Shown in pieces: positions 27,468 through 42,775 of a DNA stretch of 64,000 bases. Numbering within the stretch: position 1 is the stretch's first letter; the number at the start of each line of letters is the position of its first letter. Below the pieces are notes generated by a model. It saw only the letters and a program-made list of their open reading frames with translations, ran no database searches and was not told where the DNA came from. The position numbers and the translations under genes were made by a program. This DNA is from Fimicolochytrium jonesii (Eukaryota). The stretch covers positions 868,001-932,000 of the forward strand of contig NW_026515673.1 in the NCBI RefSeq assembly GCF_025526975.1. Direction: 5' to 3'.

Positions 27468-28144
27468 AACATTTCCTGTTATTCAACATGTGTCACCGTC
27501 GCGATCGGACTTGGTGTCGACCGCGCTGTCAAAAGTGGTAATGTCGGTTAAAGTTTCGCGCCCCTCTTTGCACTAGGCCTTTTGCAAAGACCCCTGAATG
27601 CGTTTTCCACAATGACATTGTCCGATCTGCCGAAATCCTTCCAGAAAACCCTCATGCTCCCTTCGGTGTTCATTCATGTGCACACTCTCTCTGCACTGAA
27701 TGTCGTGAAAGGGTGATGAGTAAATTCCTGGGTTCTGCGCCTCTGCTCCAGGCCTTTGCAAGGACCCCTGAACGTGTTTACCACAATAACATTGTCCGAC
27801 AGCAAGTCCCGATCGCGACGGTGACACATGTTGAATAACAGGAAATGTTACTCATCACCCTTTCAGGATGTTCAGTGCAGAACCCAGGAATTTACTCATC
27901 ACGAATTCCAGGACATTCAGGGCAGAACCGATCGAGAGTGTGCACATGAATGAAAACCGAAGGGAGCATGAGGGTCTCTAATCGAAAAATTGCATCCAGG
28001 TAGCTTGCGTCCATCAAATGCCGGTCTCTGATCTAATCTGGACGTCATCCAAATTCCTGGGTTCTGCACTAAACGTCCTGGAAGGGTGATGAGTAAAAAT
28101 TCCTGGGTTCTGCACAAAACATCCTGAACGGGTGATGAGTAAAT
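27468..28144. repeat. Complex repeat block: interleaved inverted repeats plus ~44-bp tandem units (continues at 30362-30400)
   Basis: IR 27468-27521 / 27794-27849; IR 27648-27738 / 27876-27975; direct repeat about 27576-27624 / 27750-27799. Unit core GGGTGATGAGTAAATTCCTGGGTTCTGC occurs in both orientations. Confidence 0.85.
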
Positions 28145-28353
28145 AGAGAGGTTGTGCTATCCGTTCAGAACAGATTCCCGCGACGAATTCTGTCCGGAAA
28201 GGCGGTAACCTGTCCCCGGAGAGGGGTATTGCCATGAATACGTTGCGAGCGGTCCGTTGGGAACGAAGAGGGGCTCTCCAATCCGTAGCTTTCAAAACGG
28301 ATTCCCCGCCAGCATCTTGAAAAGCATTGCGCCAGCTTTTTCGCTTTGCAGAC

Positions 28354-29427
28354 ATGCGGGCAGCACTGGACGACCTCCCTGACGGTGACAACAACCTCCT
28401 GCTTCTCCTTTTGCTGCGGAGACGACGGGCGCAGCATGCTCGTCACCGGGATCTCCGTCTCCGTCGCCAGCCTTTACAACCTGAGCTTCGCATCAACCTC
28501 AGGGCTTTGACGGATGCACACTTCAAGTCCGAGTTTCGTTTCCATACCTACGAAGAATTTCAGCATGTGCTGCAACACCTACGCTTGCCAGATGTCATCA
28601 TAACCCCGCAACGCTACTCCTGCACTTCCGAAGAAGCCCTCGCAATTGTCTTCCGTCGGTTTGCATACCCATGCCGCTTGGCAGACCTGGTGGAAATCTT
28701 TCACCGATCTGTTTATCAGCTTTCCGCTATCATCAACGTTACCACTTCGCTGATTTACGAAAAACATAAGCATCTGTTTGTGTGGGATGCGGAGCGCTTG
28801 AACAAAGAACGCCTCTCAACTTTTGCAAGCTCAGTGTACAACAGAACGCTTGTCCTGAAAGACTGCATTGGATTTATCGACGGGACGGTGCGGGGCATTG
28901 CCAGACCCAGTCATCACCAGCGACAAGCCTTTAATGGGCACAAACGCAAGCATGCCATAAAATTCCAGTCGGTGATTTCTCCAGACGGGATCATTATCCA
29001 TCTTGCCGGTCCATTCCCAGGCCCCCGCCACGACGCTCGGATCCTTGTTGAGAGCAGGATTGGGGACATCATGGAGGAATCAGCACAATTTAACGGCCGT
29101 CAGTTTGTTATCTACGGTGATCCTGCGTATCCGTTGAGGCCCTGGCTACAAGTGGGTTTCAAAGGGGCCCAATTAACTCCACGACAGCAGGAATTCAACA
29201 CGCGGATGAGTGCTGTCCGAACATGTGTGGAGTGGGGATTCGGAAAAATCATTCAACTGTGGGCCTTCGTTGCAAAAAACCAGAAGATCTGGCTCCAGCC
29301 AGTGGGACGATTCTATCTTCTTGCCACTTTGTTTACAAATATTCATACATGTATACATGGGAGCGTTACCACCTCTACCTTTAACGTAGAGCCCCCAACC
29401 GTACAAATGTATTTACAGTCTACTTGA
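28354..29427 (+). CDS. PIF/Harbinger DDE transposase (DDE_Tnp_4, HARBI1-like)
   Basis: Intronless ORF with 'CIGFIDGT', 'FNGHKRKHAIKFQSV', 'GPFPGPRHDARIL', 'IYGDPAYPL' and 'FNTRMSAVRTCVEWGFG'. ATG at 28354. Confidence 0.93.
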   Translation: MRAALDDLPDGDNNLLLLLLLRRRRAQHARHRDLRLRRQPLQPELRINLRALTDAHFKSEFRFHTYEEFQHVLQHLRLPDVIITPQRYSCTSEEALAIVFRRFAYPCRLADLVEIFHRSVYQLSAIINVTTSLIYEKHKHLFVWDAERLNKERLSTFASSVYNRTLVLKDCIGFIDGTVRGIARPSHHQRQAFNGHKRKHAIKFQSVISPDGIIIHLAGPFPGPRHDARILVESRIGDIMEESAQFNGRQFVIYGDPAYPLRPWLQVGFKGAQLTPRQQEFNTRMSAVRTCVEWGFGKIIQLWAFVAKNQKIWLQPVGRFYLLATLFTNIHTCIHGSVTTSTFNVEPPTVQMYLQST

Positions 29428-29428
29428 A

Positions 29429-30184
29429 TTAATCTGCTAAAGTCATCATGAGCCGCATCATAGCAGCATGTTCCGCCCTCCGGTCTGCCATTTCCGCCCT
29501 GCGATCTGCCATTTCAGCCTCCAGCAGATTGACACGTCGCTGTTCAAGATCCAGCTGCTTTTGAGCTAACGCCCCGGCTACAGCACGTTCCTCAAGCAGA
29601 TGACGGATGAGGGCATCCTCCCCTTCTTGAGCTGATGATGACCTACGCCGCTTTCTTCCAACTGACGAAGCTCTCGAGCTGCTCACGGAGCTGCCATCAT
29701 CCCACTCCCCCATAGACTCAAGCGACGCCTCCTGCAAAAGACGCCCCCGCCTCTCGTCGGTGTCCTTCTTTTCCTTGTCCGCCTCTTTCAACATCGAAGC
29801 GTTTGCGTTCAGATCTGTCAGCTCCTGCAGCAGTTGTGTGCGCTCATCATACTCCTCATCGGTCCCCGAGGCTCGCAGCGAGTCCATATCATCATTTCTG
29901 AACTTCTCTAGCAATATGTTTGTTCGGTCCCTCGCTCGTCGGAAGTCAAACACGGCGGGGCCAGAAAAGCAGCTGTTGGTGTTTGCCGCAATCAGTTCCC
30001 ATGTCTGTGTTTTCTGATTGCGAGGCTTGCTCTCGGGGAGGTGGGCAACAACCTCCTTCAAAAGGGCAACGTCGTGGGCTGGACGCAGGTGAGGTCCTTT
30101 CCTTCTCTTTGGAGGCGGTGTGGGGTCAGCAGGTGGAGCGGGAGGTGCAGAAGTGGCCTCCATGGCGTGGGCAGGTGTGGCCAT
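29429..30184 (-). CDS. Harbinger ORF2, Myb/SANT-like DNA-binding protein with basic NLS and C-terminal coiled coil
   Basis: 'DVALLKEVVAHLP...KTQTWELIAANTN...RRARDRTNILLEKFR...LRASGTDEEYDERTQLLQEL'; 'RKRRR'. Lies inside the TIRs, convergent with the transposase. Confidence 0.85.
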   Translation of the reverse strand: MATPAHAMEATSAPPAPPADPTPPPKRRKGPHLRPAHDVALLKEVVAHLPESKPRNQKTQTWELIAANTNSCFSGPAVFDFRRARDRTNILLEKFRNDDMDSLRASGTDEEYDERTQLLQELTDLNANASMLKEADKEKKDTDERRGRLLQEASLESMGEWDDGSSVSSSRASSVGRKRRRSSSAQEGEDALIRHLLEERAVAGALAQKQLDLEQRRVNLLEAEMADRRAEMADRRAEHAAMMRLMMTLAD

Positions 30185-30555
30185 GGCGACGGTGAAATGA
30201 CCTGGAGATGGCGAGGGTGATCCCCTTCGAGATGGTGGTATGTAAGAAGGTCAACGAATAGCACAACAGCAAGCAGCCGGCTGGAAGCGACGAAAACGTT
30301 TTCATAAAGCCACACCCAATCCGTCGCCTGAATCCGTACAAACCGATAGCACAACCTCTCTAATTCCTGGGTTCTGCAACGTCCTGGAAAGGTGATGAGT
30401 GGCGAAGTCAGGAGAGGGAATTTCAGTTCGTCGTGTTGAAATTGTTCCCAAGGCGCTTCGTAAAACCACAGTTTTATGCTTTGCACCGTGCTCAGCTACA
30501 TACTACCGGAGTTTACCCATGCGATCATGCCCCTCTCGTCTACGGAACAGACTGT

Positions 30556-32772
30556 CTATCTCCTGAACTCAATTATAAGCTCACAGTGCTTGGTGTGCGG
30601 GAACAGATCCACGGGCTGGGCTCGGATAGGCTTGAATGGTGTTCCCTTGAACTTGTTGGAGGTCGGTCTGCATAAACTGGAGTGGAGAGGCAGCGTGAGC
30701 GATTGCCCCCCTATTTCACAAAGCACGCGAATACATGATGTAACCACAGAACATTTCCGCCCGGAGAACGCAGACAAAGGTACTCACTCAACAAAGTTGC
30801 CAGACGCTTGTCCTGCGTCGCAGCTGACATATATCACCCTCTTGATTCCCTCACATGCCCGAACCGTCCTGATCACATCTACATGCACTCCGCTTCTCGG
30901 TGGATCCAGCACTGCAACTACGTCGTCGTATTTCCCCACATACTCATGTATCACCTGGTTGATGACCTTTTCAACCTGATCGGCGAAGTAGACGACTTTA
31001 GCCTCGTCGACGGTGGTGGTCGCTGTGGTGGAGACACCATTCAGTTGGGCATTATGCTCGGCGTCGGCGATGGCGGATGCGATGATATCAACGCCGATGA
31101 CCTTTTTCACGTGAGATGCCATGGTCAGACCGATGGTGCCTGTTCCGCAACAAAGATCCAGAAGGATAGTGCCTGGTGGTGACAGATCTTTCGCGCGGGG
31201 TGGGAAAGCAGATAATGCTGCCCCGTTATTGGTTTCTGACGCAGTCGCCTCTGTGGGCGGGCTGGCGGTAACGGTACTCTGGTTTGAATCAGGTGTCTCC
31301 ATAGGTGGAGGTAGGGCCGCTTTCACTTCCCCAGCGGTAACGAGCCCTCTGCCCACCCTTTCGGCTTCCACCTCCTGCAGCGCACACCATTCCCGGACTT
31401 TCGAGTATAGCAGCTCCGTCCCTTCCGTGTTGACCTGGAAGAACGCTGTTGGGGAGACCCGAAACCTCAACCCTAGTAGCGTCTCGTGAACACTGCCCGA
31501 CCCATAAAGCACCTTCAGAGGGGCGCCGTCTATGAAACCGTTGAAGGTGCCATCGTGCTCTTGGATGAGGAGAGTCGTAACACCAGTCGGAGTATCCTTT
31601 GTCGGTTCGAGGTGGGCTTTGAGGGCGCTCTGGGCGGCAAGCACCGTCGCTTCGTCGACCCCCGTTGGGTTGTACTGCACCACAACCATGTTCTCGCCTG
31701 TTCGGAAGGTGCGGACAAGCGCGAGTCGCCAGAAGCCGACCTTGTTGATGCGGTCGTAAAGATCCAGGTCGGAGGATTGCACAAATGAAGACAACAGTTC
31801 CGCGATATTAGCAGCTGCGGGGGACACTATCTTTGTTGTTGTGGGTTCGATGACCGTGACGAGGCCGTCTTTGAATAGTCCCAACAGAAACCCTGCGACC
31901 TTCTTTCCTTCCGAGTTCCATCCAAATGTGAATTCACATTTGTTCCTGTACCCTTCCAATTGCGGGGAATGCACGGGCTCCAGCAACTCGCACGGGACGC
32001 CGCCATTCTTCTTCTGTGCAGGTTTCAACCAAGCCAGCTGTCGAATAGCTTTCTCCTCCGACGTCATGTCAGACATTATGGTAAGATCTTCAGGCGGTTC
32101 CTGCCTGTTCCTGAAGTAATCTCGTGGAAAGTAACGTTCCATATCCTGTCCGAACTTTTTGAGTGCCTTGTGCATCATTTTGCGCTTGCTTTCTACTTGT
32201 TCGGTGTAAGATTGCCGCCATAGCGGACTGACTTGATCTGCGATTCGCTCCTCGGGTGTGCGTGTGTCATTGGCATCCTCCCTGCCTGCTGCAACATCAC
32301 GTTGCGATTTTCCCTTCATGTCTCGCATGCCTTCGCGCTCCTGGAGGTTCACAAAGGACACCTCCAACTCCTTGTCCTTCATAGGCTTCCCCTGCAGCTT
32401 CTCCATCGCATCCTTCCGCGCCTCCTCCGTCTCGAAAGCCAGAAAGCAGTAGTTCCATGTTGGTGCCTTCTTGCACTGATCCAAACCCTCCACTCCGTTT
32501 GCTCTACAGATTTTCTCAACGGCCTTGCGGTCGGCATACTTAGGAAGGTTGTCCACGCGCAAACGGAAGCGCGTCGTTGCGTTCGAGTCGGTGAGTGCGA
32601 CAGCAGGAGCTTCCACGGGGGTGCTTTCTGGCACGGATGCGGGAGCGCTTTCGGCTACATCCTCGATTTTGACCTTCTTGTTGTCGGGAGCAAGGACTCC
32701 TTCGGTGAGCGTTGGCTCAGCACCTGGCTCAGCCTCGACCTCTGTCGCGTCCTCGTCTAGTTCTCGTTTCAT
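30556..32772 (-). CDS. TRM2: tRNA (uracil-5-)-methyltransferase TRM2/TRMT2A with N-terminal RRM, 2 exons
   Basis: 'GYRNKCEFTFG', 'FRVSPTAFFQVNT', 'LLDLCCGTGTIG', 'VLDPPRSG', 'IYVSCD' and last exon 'AQPVDLFPHTKHCE'. Confidence 0.93.
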
Positions 32773-33752
32773 TGTGCTCCTGTCGACGGAAAGAAGCCAC
32801 GCTGTGCGCTGAGTCCAGTGTACTGTACTCCAGATATCGGTTGCCAATACAGTTGCCCTTTGCCAAACGCAGTGCAAGTGTTTGCAAAAATGATGAATAT
32901 GTCAAAGAAAAACCTCAGAGAAGCAGGACATGCCTTACGTTGCACGTGACCACAAGGCTAGATTATTTTGCTCAGCGCCCGTAACATTTTTACGATTCGG
33001 TTTAGGCTCTTTCCCGGACGCAAGGGCGGCCACGTCTCAATACGTAGCGATCGGGGACTCGGCAAGGCAGTGTCAGGCAACCCAAAGGTTGTTTCCAAGA
33101 CGCCTGAGTCGTCAGAGCAGCTTGAAGCAGCTCGCTCTATCGAACGAAGCCGGAGCGTCAGCGCTCTGGTCGGCGCTCAATCAGAAAAAGGCAGAAAGAA
33201 AGCTGACTTGAGATGTTCTTCCCACAGCCTGGACCCCTCTGTGTCGATGTGAAGCCGGCTGTAGCATGCCACTCCCCTCGTCAGTTCCCGCTTCGTGTGC
33301 AGTCGCTGAGGTGCCTCAAAACCGCCACAGCTCGAACTCCGCGACGCGGGATGGTAACGACATGGGAACCATCTGGGTTTTCGTCCGCACCCAGGTGGCC
33401 CGCGCACAGCCGGCAGAATGATATTGGATATAGCCCTCAAATGACCGCACGATGATTCAAGGGACTTGGCGCTGCGTACAGATACGGGGCTTACATTTTG
33501 TCTGCGAATTTTCCCAAACCGATTGGTTTCTCACGGATTGTGATATTTCATTCTTATTATGCATCGATGTGGGTATGAACCGAGACGCCGTGACTGTACA
33601 TATTGTGGTCGTTTCTCTGCTTCCTGCCCCTTACATCCCACTTCCCAAGCAATTCCTCCTTTCCAAAATCGTGCGCAGGCACAGAAATCCCGTCAATGCC
33701 TTCTTCTAACCCTCATCACATAAATGATCCTCGACCTGAAATCCCCATACGT

Positions 33753-36700
33753 TCAATCCCACCCAAACCCGTCCTCATCATCATCCGCAAACTCCATCAA
33801 CATGCTCTGAAGTCGCTGGCACGATCCCGGTGTAGCCAGCGGCGTGTTTCGAATGGCATTGTTGTGATTACGGATGGTACTGGGCGTGACCGACGGGTGC
33901 AAGCGGCTAGGTGAACGTTGCATCGCGTGGGCTTGAGGAGTCGTGCTGGGAACGTGTAACGATCCTGCATTCCCCTGCGATCCGCGCTTGACGCTGGGCG
34001 ACCGATGGACATCGCTAGTACGCTTCGCAGTCGGCGTTGTCGGGTCGGACGGCGCATTCGGCGTACAGGCTGACTTGGTGCCTCCGCCGCTGGCCCGTCT
34101 CGGTGGGGGTGTGCCGGCCTGGTACTCTCTTCTCAACTTCATCTGGCTTACAGTCAATCTCGAACCCGAGCGCGCCTTGGTTGGAGTAACGGTCTGGTAC
34201 GCAGGACGTCCCTGCGCATCTTTGAATAACCCTGTGGTAGGAACCGATGGCGACAAGTCATCTCCATCCAAAGACCTCTTTTTCGTCCCAGCCGGTGTAC
34301 CAAACACCGGCGGTCGCGGAGGCAACACGCCATCACCTGCATCCACAGGCCTCTTTCTGCTACCAGTAGGAGTGCTGAACACCGGCGGCCGCGGAGGCAG
34401 CTCACCGTGCAGACGGCTCATCCTCCTTGCGGACTTTTTAGGTTCAGGCGTTACATTGCCTCCCGAAAGCGGCGCGGTTCGTTTTCGTGGTGTGGGCGAT
34501 CCAGACGCAGCGCCCAGCGAGCGCTTGGGTCTGGGTCCGACATTGTCATTGCCTGCGACGAGGAACGGATTCAGCTCCGCATCTATAGCGGCCGGTGAAG
34601 CCGTGTATTGCGTGCTGCCGAATGAATCGCGTTTCAAGGTGGCAAACGACGATAAGCGTTTTGCCAGAGGTGAGCGGAAAGGTCCCTGTGGCGAATGTGG
34701 AATAGCGGTGGCCTTTGCTCGCGACGGGCTGCCAATGCTGGTATTGAAAGGATTCTCAATATGAGTGTTCTCCTTTGCTTTACGGCCGAACACTTCCTCG
34801 TCAGGTTCTTGCGCGGCGTTGAATGCCTTGTTCAGTTTCGGTTTCGCGAATTCGGCAAAAGGCCGCGGAAGCGAGCCTGTCCTGCCCGCTGCGGGGTTCA
34901 CATCCGTCTTGCTCCCCAGTGCTTCCATGCTCCCTGACGACACGGAAGACCACGCGGAAGACGACCTGCGAGGTGGCTGCGTGAATGTCGCTGAAGGAAC
35001 TGATCCCCGCGTCTTCCCTGTACCGATTTTCACAGAAGCTATCGACGATGTTGGCGATGACGGCGCGTCCCAAAAAGGATTATCGGCATGTTCACTAAAA
35101 GCGGGCATCGACTTCGTGCGTTGAGCCTGGCCCAGAGGGTCCATGCCACTGCCTTTACCGCTTCTTCCGGACTTGCTGATGGGCCCCGCGCAGATAGAGG
35201 TGGCAGTGCGAGACAAGCCGGGATTTGTGGCATTCTTCGTCGTCAGCGAGTAAGTCGTGCTCCGTCGGCCAAGAGGCTGCGAACTGCCAGTGGGTCCCGA
35301 GTTTGACGCCGTAGAGGACGCCGTTGAGGACCGTCTCAACTCTTTCATGAAAGCCGACTGGCCCTGCGCCAACGTTGCCGACTCCTTTTTACCCGCATCT
35401 CTACTGCTGCCATTGGAATTCGATTTCGGCATGCCCGCAAGGGAAATCTGCCGTTTTCCCAACCCTCTCAGAAAAGCGGGCATTGCTGCCGCCCGGCTGG
35501 TGGTAGAGGGTTTCGCGTTCGCATCATTGCTGACTAGCACCCCTCGTCGGCGCTCGTTAGCTTTGCTACTTCGATTGCCACTTCGCTTGACGCCACTCAT
35601 TCCGCTTCCAACTTTCGTCTCGATTCGACTGCTGCCCTTGCGCTTCTTCTTGAAGAAAGGGGACGGGGGGACCGGATTCTGAGTCGAGGGGTCCCCACCG
35701 GCTTTGATGAAGAGTGACTTAACAATGTCCGGGAAGAATGAATTGTAGCTGTTATGAAAACAAGATCCGAATTGTAAGACGCTTAGATTCCTAATAGAAC
35801 AGGATACCTGCACCACTTACTATTTAATAAGCACGGGCTCCACAAATGTCTTCAACAGGGTCGACTCGTCGGGTCCAGAATCGAAACTGGTTACCGCGTT
35901 CCATATACATATCCGATCCATCAGCTCTTCGATCGCCTTGACAAACATTGCTTTGCGGTCCACGATAGGCGTTGCCTCCACAGCTTTCGTCTCCTCGGGG
36001 CTATCGTTCTCCTTGGGGTGATTGTCAGCAGTCTCGGACTCTGCTTCTGGCACAGCCGTTGGTCGCTGTTTCGGCATATCGCTTTTCCGGCGTTTAGGAA
36101 GTCTGACTATATAGCTGTCTAAGGCGCTTGTCATCGATTTGCGCTTGCGTTTTGAAAGTGATGGATCGGTCGTTGTTGAAGGTTCCGCGGGTGGGGGTTG
36201 TGGAGATGCAAACCAGTGCGAAATGTCGGGGAGTTCGACCTTGTCTTGAACGTGAATGCGGAGCATGTCGAACAGGAGAACGAGCTGCAGCTTTGCTCTA
36301 AGCGACAGAAATTGTGAGTCGCATGCTGGATTATAAGCCAATTTCTCAAAGCGGTCCATACTCTTCTGTCTTCATCAGGGTAAGTTTGCGTCTCAAAAGC
36401 CTAGCCAGGTCAACCGTTGGGTCTAGCGACGCCGTGTTGGATACGCCTGCCCACCACTTGGTGAGCATTCTGGCCTCATCGGGGTCCACGTGCGGGATTT
36501 GTACACGAGCTGGATCGTCAGGCTCCGATGCTTCGTTTGCTGTTCGTGACAATAGTTCGGATATGGATCGAAATCGTTGCTCTAGAGCCGTAACGCCGCG
36601 AATCGTGGACCTCGACACAAATTCCAAAAATGTATTCATCGCTGCGCGGTTGGCCCTATTGTATTTCGAACGGCTTGGCGATGCCGGCCCGACCGTTGTG

Positions 36701-39047
36701 AAAACGATGGACGCTATCGCCTCGTGAACGTTGGACAATGACGTGTCCATGAATTGTGCTAGGGAGTTATGTCCCAGTAGCACGTCCATGTACCCTTTCT
36801 TCAGTGCAAGAACGATATCATCCACCGAGACACAGTCACCCAAAGGCCTTCCGGCAGTTTTGGACTTGCGGCACGAGCGGGGGGCTGGTAACGGCGACGA
36901 GAATTTCGGTGATGGAGGTGGTATTGGGGGAGGCCTTTTGGGTAGAAGCGTGTGAGCATCAGAATGACGAACGCAGTTATCATCCGATTGTTGGAACGGG
37001 CCATACCGTGCATCCAGCTCCAAGCGCGTGCGCAGTCTTTCGTCCTCCATTTCGGGATACCAGATGTCAAATGTAGCGGTGCAGAGTTGCTTAACTGAGT
37101 CCCGAGCTGATTCCCCATTGAAAATCATACTGTGGATTTGTTGATCGAGTTCATTGCTGTACCACTGGGAGAGCAAAGTATCATCCACGGTTGCGCCTGT
37201 GTGATTCGAGAATTGGGGGAAATCAATGGCTGACGACGCTTTCTTGCGGAATGCACACGCTCTCCTACCATAGCTGAGACAGTCCTCTGGAAGGTCGCAT
37301 TGGCCGATACAATCGTCTTCCGAATCTGGTTTGATCAATCGCAGGACGGCGAAGCCCGGCATGATGGGGATGATAACCGCACAGCGCTCTATCGGTTCCA
37401 GGTCCACTTTTTCGGATGGCGAAGAACTTGGCGTTGTGCGGTCATTCAAAGCCATCCCTTTCGATTCTGCAGCGGAGGTGTCTTCCATACTGTTGGGTTC
37501 AAGATGTACCTGCACCATCAACACTTCCTTTTTTGTGTACTGTACGTCCCAAAATGAGATAGTCCCAGCGGTGTCCAGCAGCGGCGAGACGCATTGGTAT
37601 GTTTCCTTCTCCATCCATTCCGCGTCGAGCAACTGGGCATGAAATCGATGCACTATTTCCATCTTGGCCCCGGCGAACGGTAGAGCTTTGATATTCGCAG
37701 TGCTGGGCAAGCTGAGCGATGGTCCTCTCCCGAGCAATTTGCGTTCTCCTGTAGACGGTTCGTCGCCGCTATAAAATTCGTGTGAGAAGAGCACGAGTGA
37801 ACGGGAACAAGGGCGGTGTACATGTTAACATACCCGGCAACATGTGTGATGACTATAGGTACATGAGGTTGCTCAGTTTCTACCAGGGTGTGAATGTTAG
37901 CACAATGTGGTACGTAGATTGTAGCTTCAGCACCTTCCCACAATACCTGCATATCCATCGATGAGCATTCCCTCCCACTGTGTCTTGAAGGCCGACTTCT
38001 TTTGCGAGAGAGGTAAACATCGCCGAGTCGTCCCTGCGGGTTTACCCATCACGAGCTCCTTTCCATATGCAGGGTACAATGCCTTCTGCCGGAGCACCTT
38101 CATCAGCGTCGGTAAAGGAACGCCGTAGATGGCATCTGTCATCAGAGCTCCGGGCGCTAGGACGCCACCCAGGGCTGCAAGAACACACGAGAGAGTGGAT
38201 TGAATCTCAAAGTTCTACAACTTGGTCGTTCAGAAGGTTTTCTCGGTGGGATGTGTTTGTAGCGGGAACATACCTTGTTGTCCTCTATTTGCACACTCGG
38301 GAGGCTCGGAGTGGTGATCCATGATAAAGCAGCCCGTTTCTCCAGGAAAGCGCTCCACAGCCCCCCACCAAGCAGATGCTGCTGCATCACCTCCAAGCAC
38401 CGCGATACTCCGCATTCTGCACCGCCAAGTCCGACATACGTCCGCAAGTCCGCAACTGTGCTCGGTAACGCCGAGATGAAGTACATATAGTTCCGAAGCC
38501 TCACAGGAGCCGCGCCATCCGTCATCTGCTTCCTCGGTCTCACGGGAGATGGTAGAACCATCGACGAGCCTGACCCTCCCCAGTCCCACCGAAAATCCGT
38601 CAACGTCTTCCGGAGTGTGGTGGAAACCTTCTCAACAAACGACGGTGATGACTCCCAGGGCGACCGCTCCTCCCCATCCTCCTTCTCGATACCACTCTGA
38701 TTTTCGAGCTGCCCGTTCAAATCCGCCGCAAACTCTGCCAACGTCACAGGAATGAACTCTCGCGCGTGCTTCGTGACGGCTTTATGGAACGTGGAAACTG
38801 AGCCAAGGTCGAACAGCTGGTAGCTCCATCGAAAGCGGGGATCCACATGGATATGAAAGTATAGCAGTATCCGTAAAACTGTTATGCGAATGAAAGTCTC
38901 GAAGTCGGGAGGGGACTGTGCTGTGCCACCGGCCTCCGATGTGGTGAGAGTAGAAGAACCGGTATCTATCACGAAGACAACGTTCGGAATGGGCCGGTCG
39001 CGGGAGGAGGGCGACCCGAAGGACTGAAAGGCAGAGTCCTGCGACAT
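33753..39047 (-). CDS. Treslin/TICRR (Sld3)-like replication-initiation factor, multi-exon
   Basis: N-terminal vWA-like region 'VVFVIDTG...ITVLRILLYF...FRWSYQLFD...NYMYFISALPSTVADLRTYVG' resembling Treslin_N. Sld3-core-like 'RAKLQLVLLFDML...LMDRICIW...FVEPVLIKYY...FPDIVKSL'. Long basic tail rich in S/T-P sites. Confidence 0.72.
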
Positions 39048-39632
39048 CCTAGGTGTTGCTGCAAGCCAAAGTTCCCCGTGCCATTAGCGGCCCTGAGAAG
39101 ACGCTGTTCCAGGGCGATTTTGTCTTCCCTTGTCGAACCCCCGTCCTTTTCCGTCTCACCAGCTTCTCCGTAACGCTTGGAGGGCCTAGAATAACGCACA
39201 CCAATATCGCCTTTCACTTTCCGAATTAGCCTCTGATGGGCCTAGTCTTGAGACAATTTCTGCGTATTCCCGGCGCTTGCCCTGGTTCGAACTCCAGATC
39301 CAGACAGAATTCAAAAGGAAACGCGTCACATTCCGCGTCTGTCCGGTGGCCTGGACAATCTTCCGAGACTCAGATTCACGAAGCATCAGGGCGAGTAAGA
39401 GCACATCAAACATTTCTCTTTCCAGAGCGGTCACAGCACGGAGGGGAGCAGTTCGCTCAAAAATCGAATAATAAAGCTGTGCACAGTCATCCGATGGAAC
39501 GGTTTCAACCTCTCGTCCTATATACACAGTGCCGTACGCCGACATCGCCAGGGGCAAAAGCCCAACGCCGCAATCCCTCGCCTTTCTCTCCCTCCCATAG
39601 TTATCCCACACCTCAAACGTCCGACGTCTCGT

Positions 39633-42559
<2,927 letters not shown>

Positions 42560-42775
42560 GATGCGAGGGTCGGGAATTGAGGGTACTGAAGGCTTATTTG
42601 AGGTGGCCAATACGACAACGAGTGGCTTCCAACGAGGCTCCACTTGACGGGTGAACGAGAAGGCGATTGAAGAGCTGAAGTCCGTCTGTGCGCAAGCCGA
42701 ATGGAGACTTGACGGAAACAAGCGTTCAAGCCAAGAGAAAGAGATCGTGTCCGAAACGTGTGTCCGAAATGGAAG

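Larger units (their letters stand above)
28145..30361. mobile_element. Complete PIF/Harbinger DNA transposon, 2,217 bp
   Basis: TIRs AGAGAGGTTGTGCTATCCGTT (28145-28165) and AACCGATAGCACAACCTCTCT (30341-30361) match 20/21. 3-bp TSD AAT at 28142-28144 and 30362-30364. Two convergent ORFs (transposase and Myb/SANT-like). Confidence 0.93.

Noticed and set aside
28084..28130. TGATGA...CTGA read as a C/D box snoRNA
   Set aside because: Only ~40 nt apart and part of the repeat unit. No rRNA-complementary guide recognised.
27699..30400. ~44-bp repeats with an adjacent nuclease-like ORF read as a CRISPR-like array
   Set aside because: Units are head-to-tail with no unique spacers, occur in both orientations, and the ORFs belong to a Harbinger with its own TIRs and TSD.
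39186..39611. 141-aa minus-strand ORF between MCM5 and Treslin
   Set aside because: No motif, and it overlaps the expected MCM5 3' UTR and Treslin promoter.
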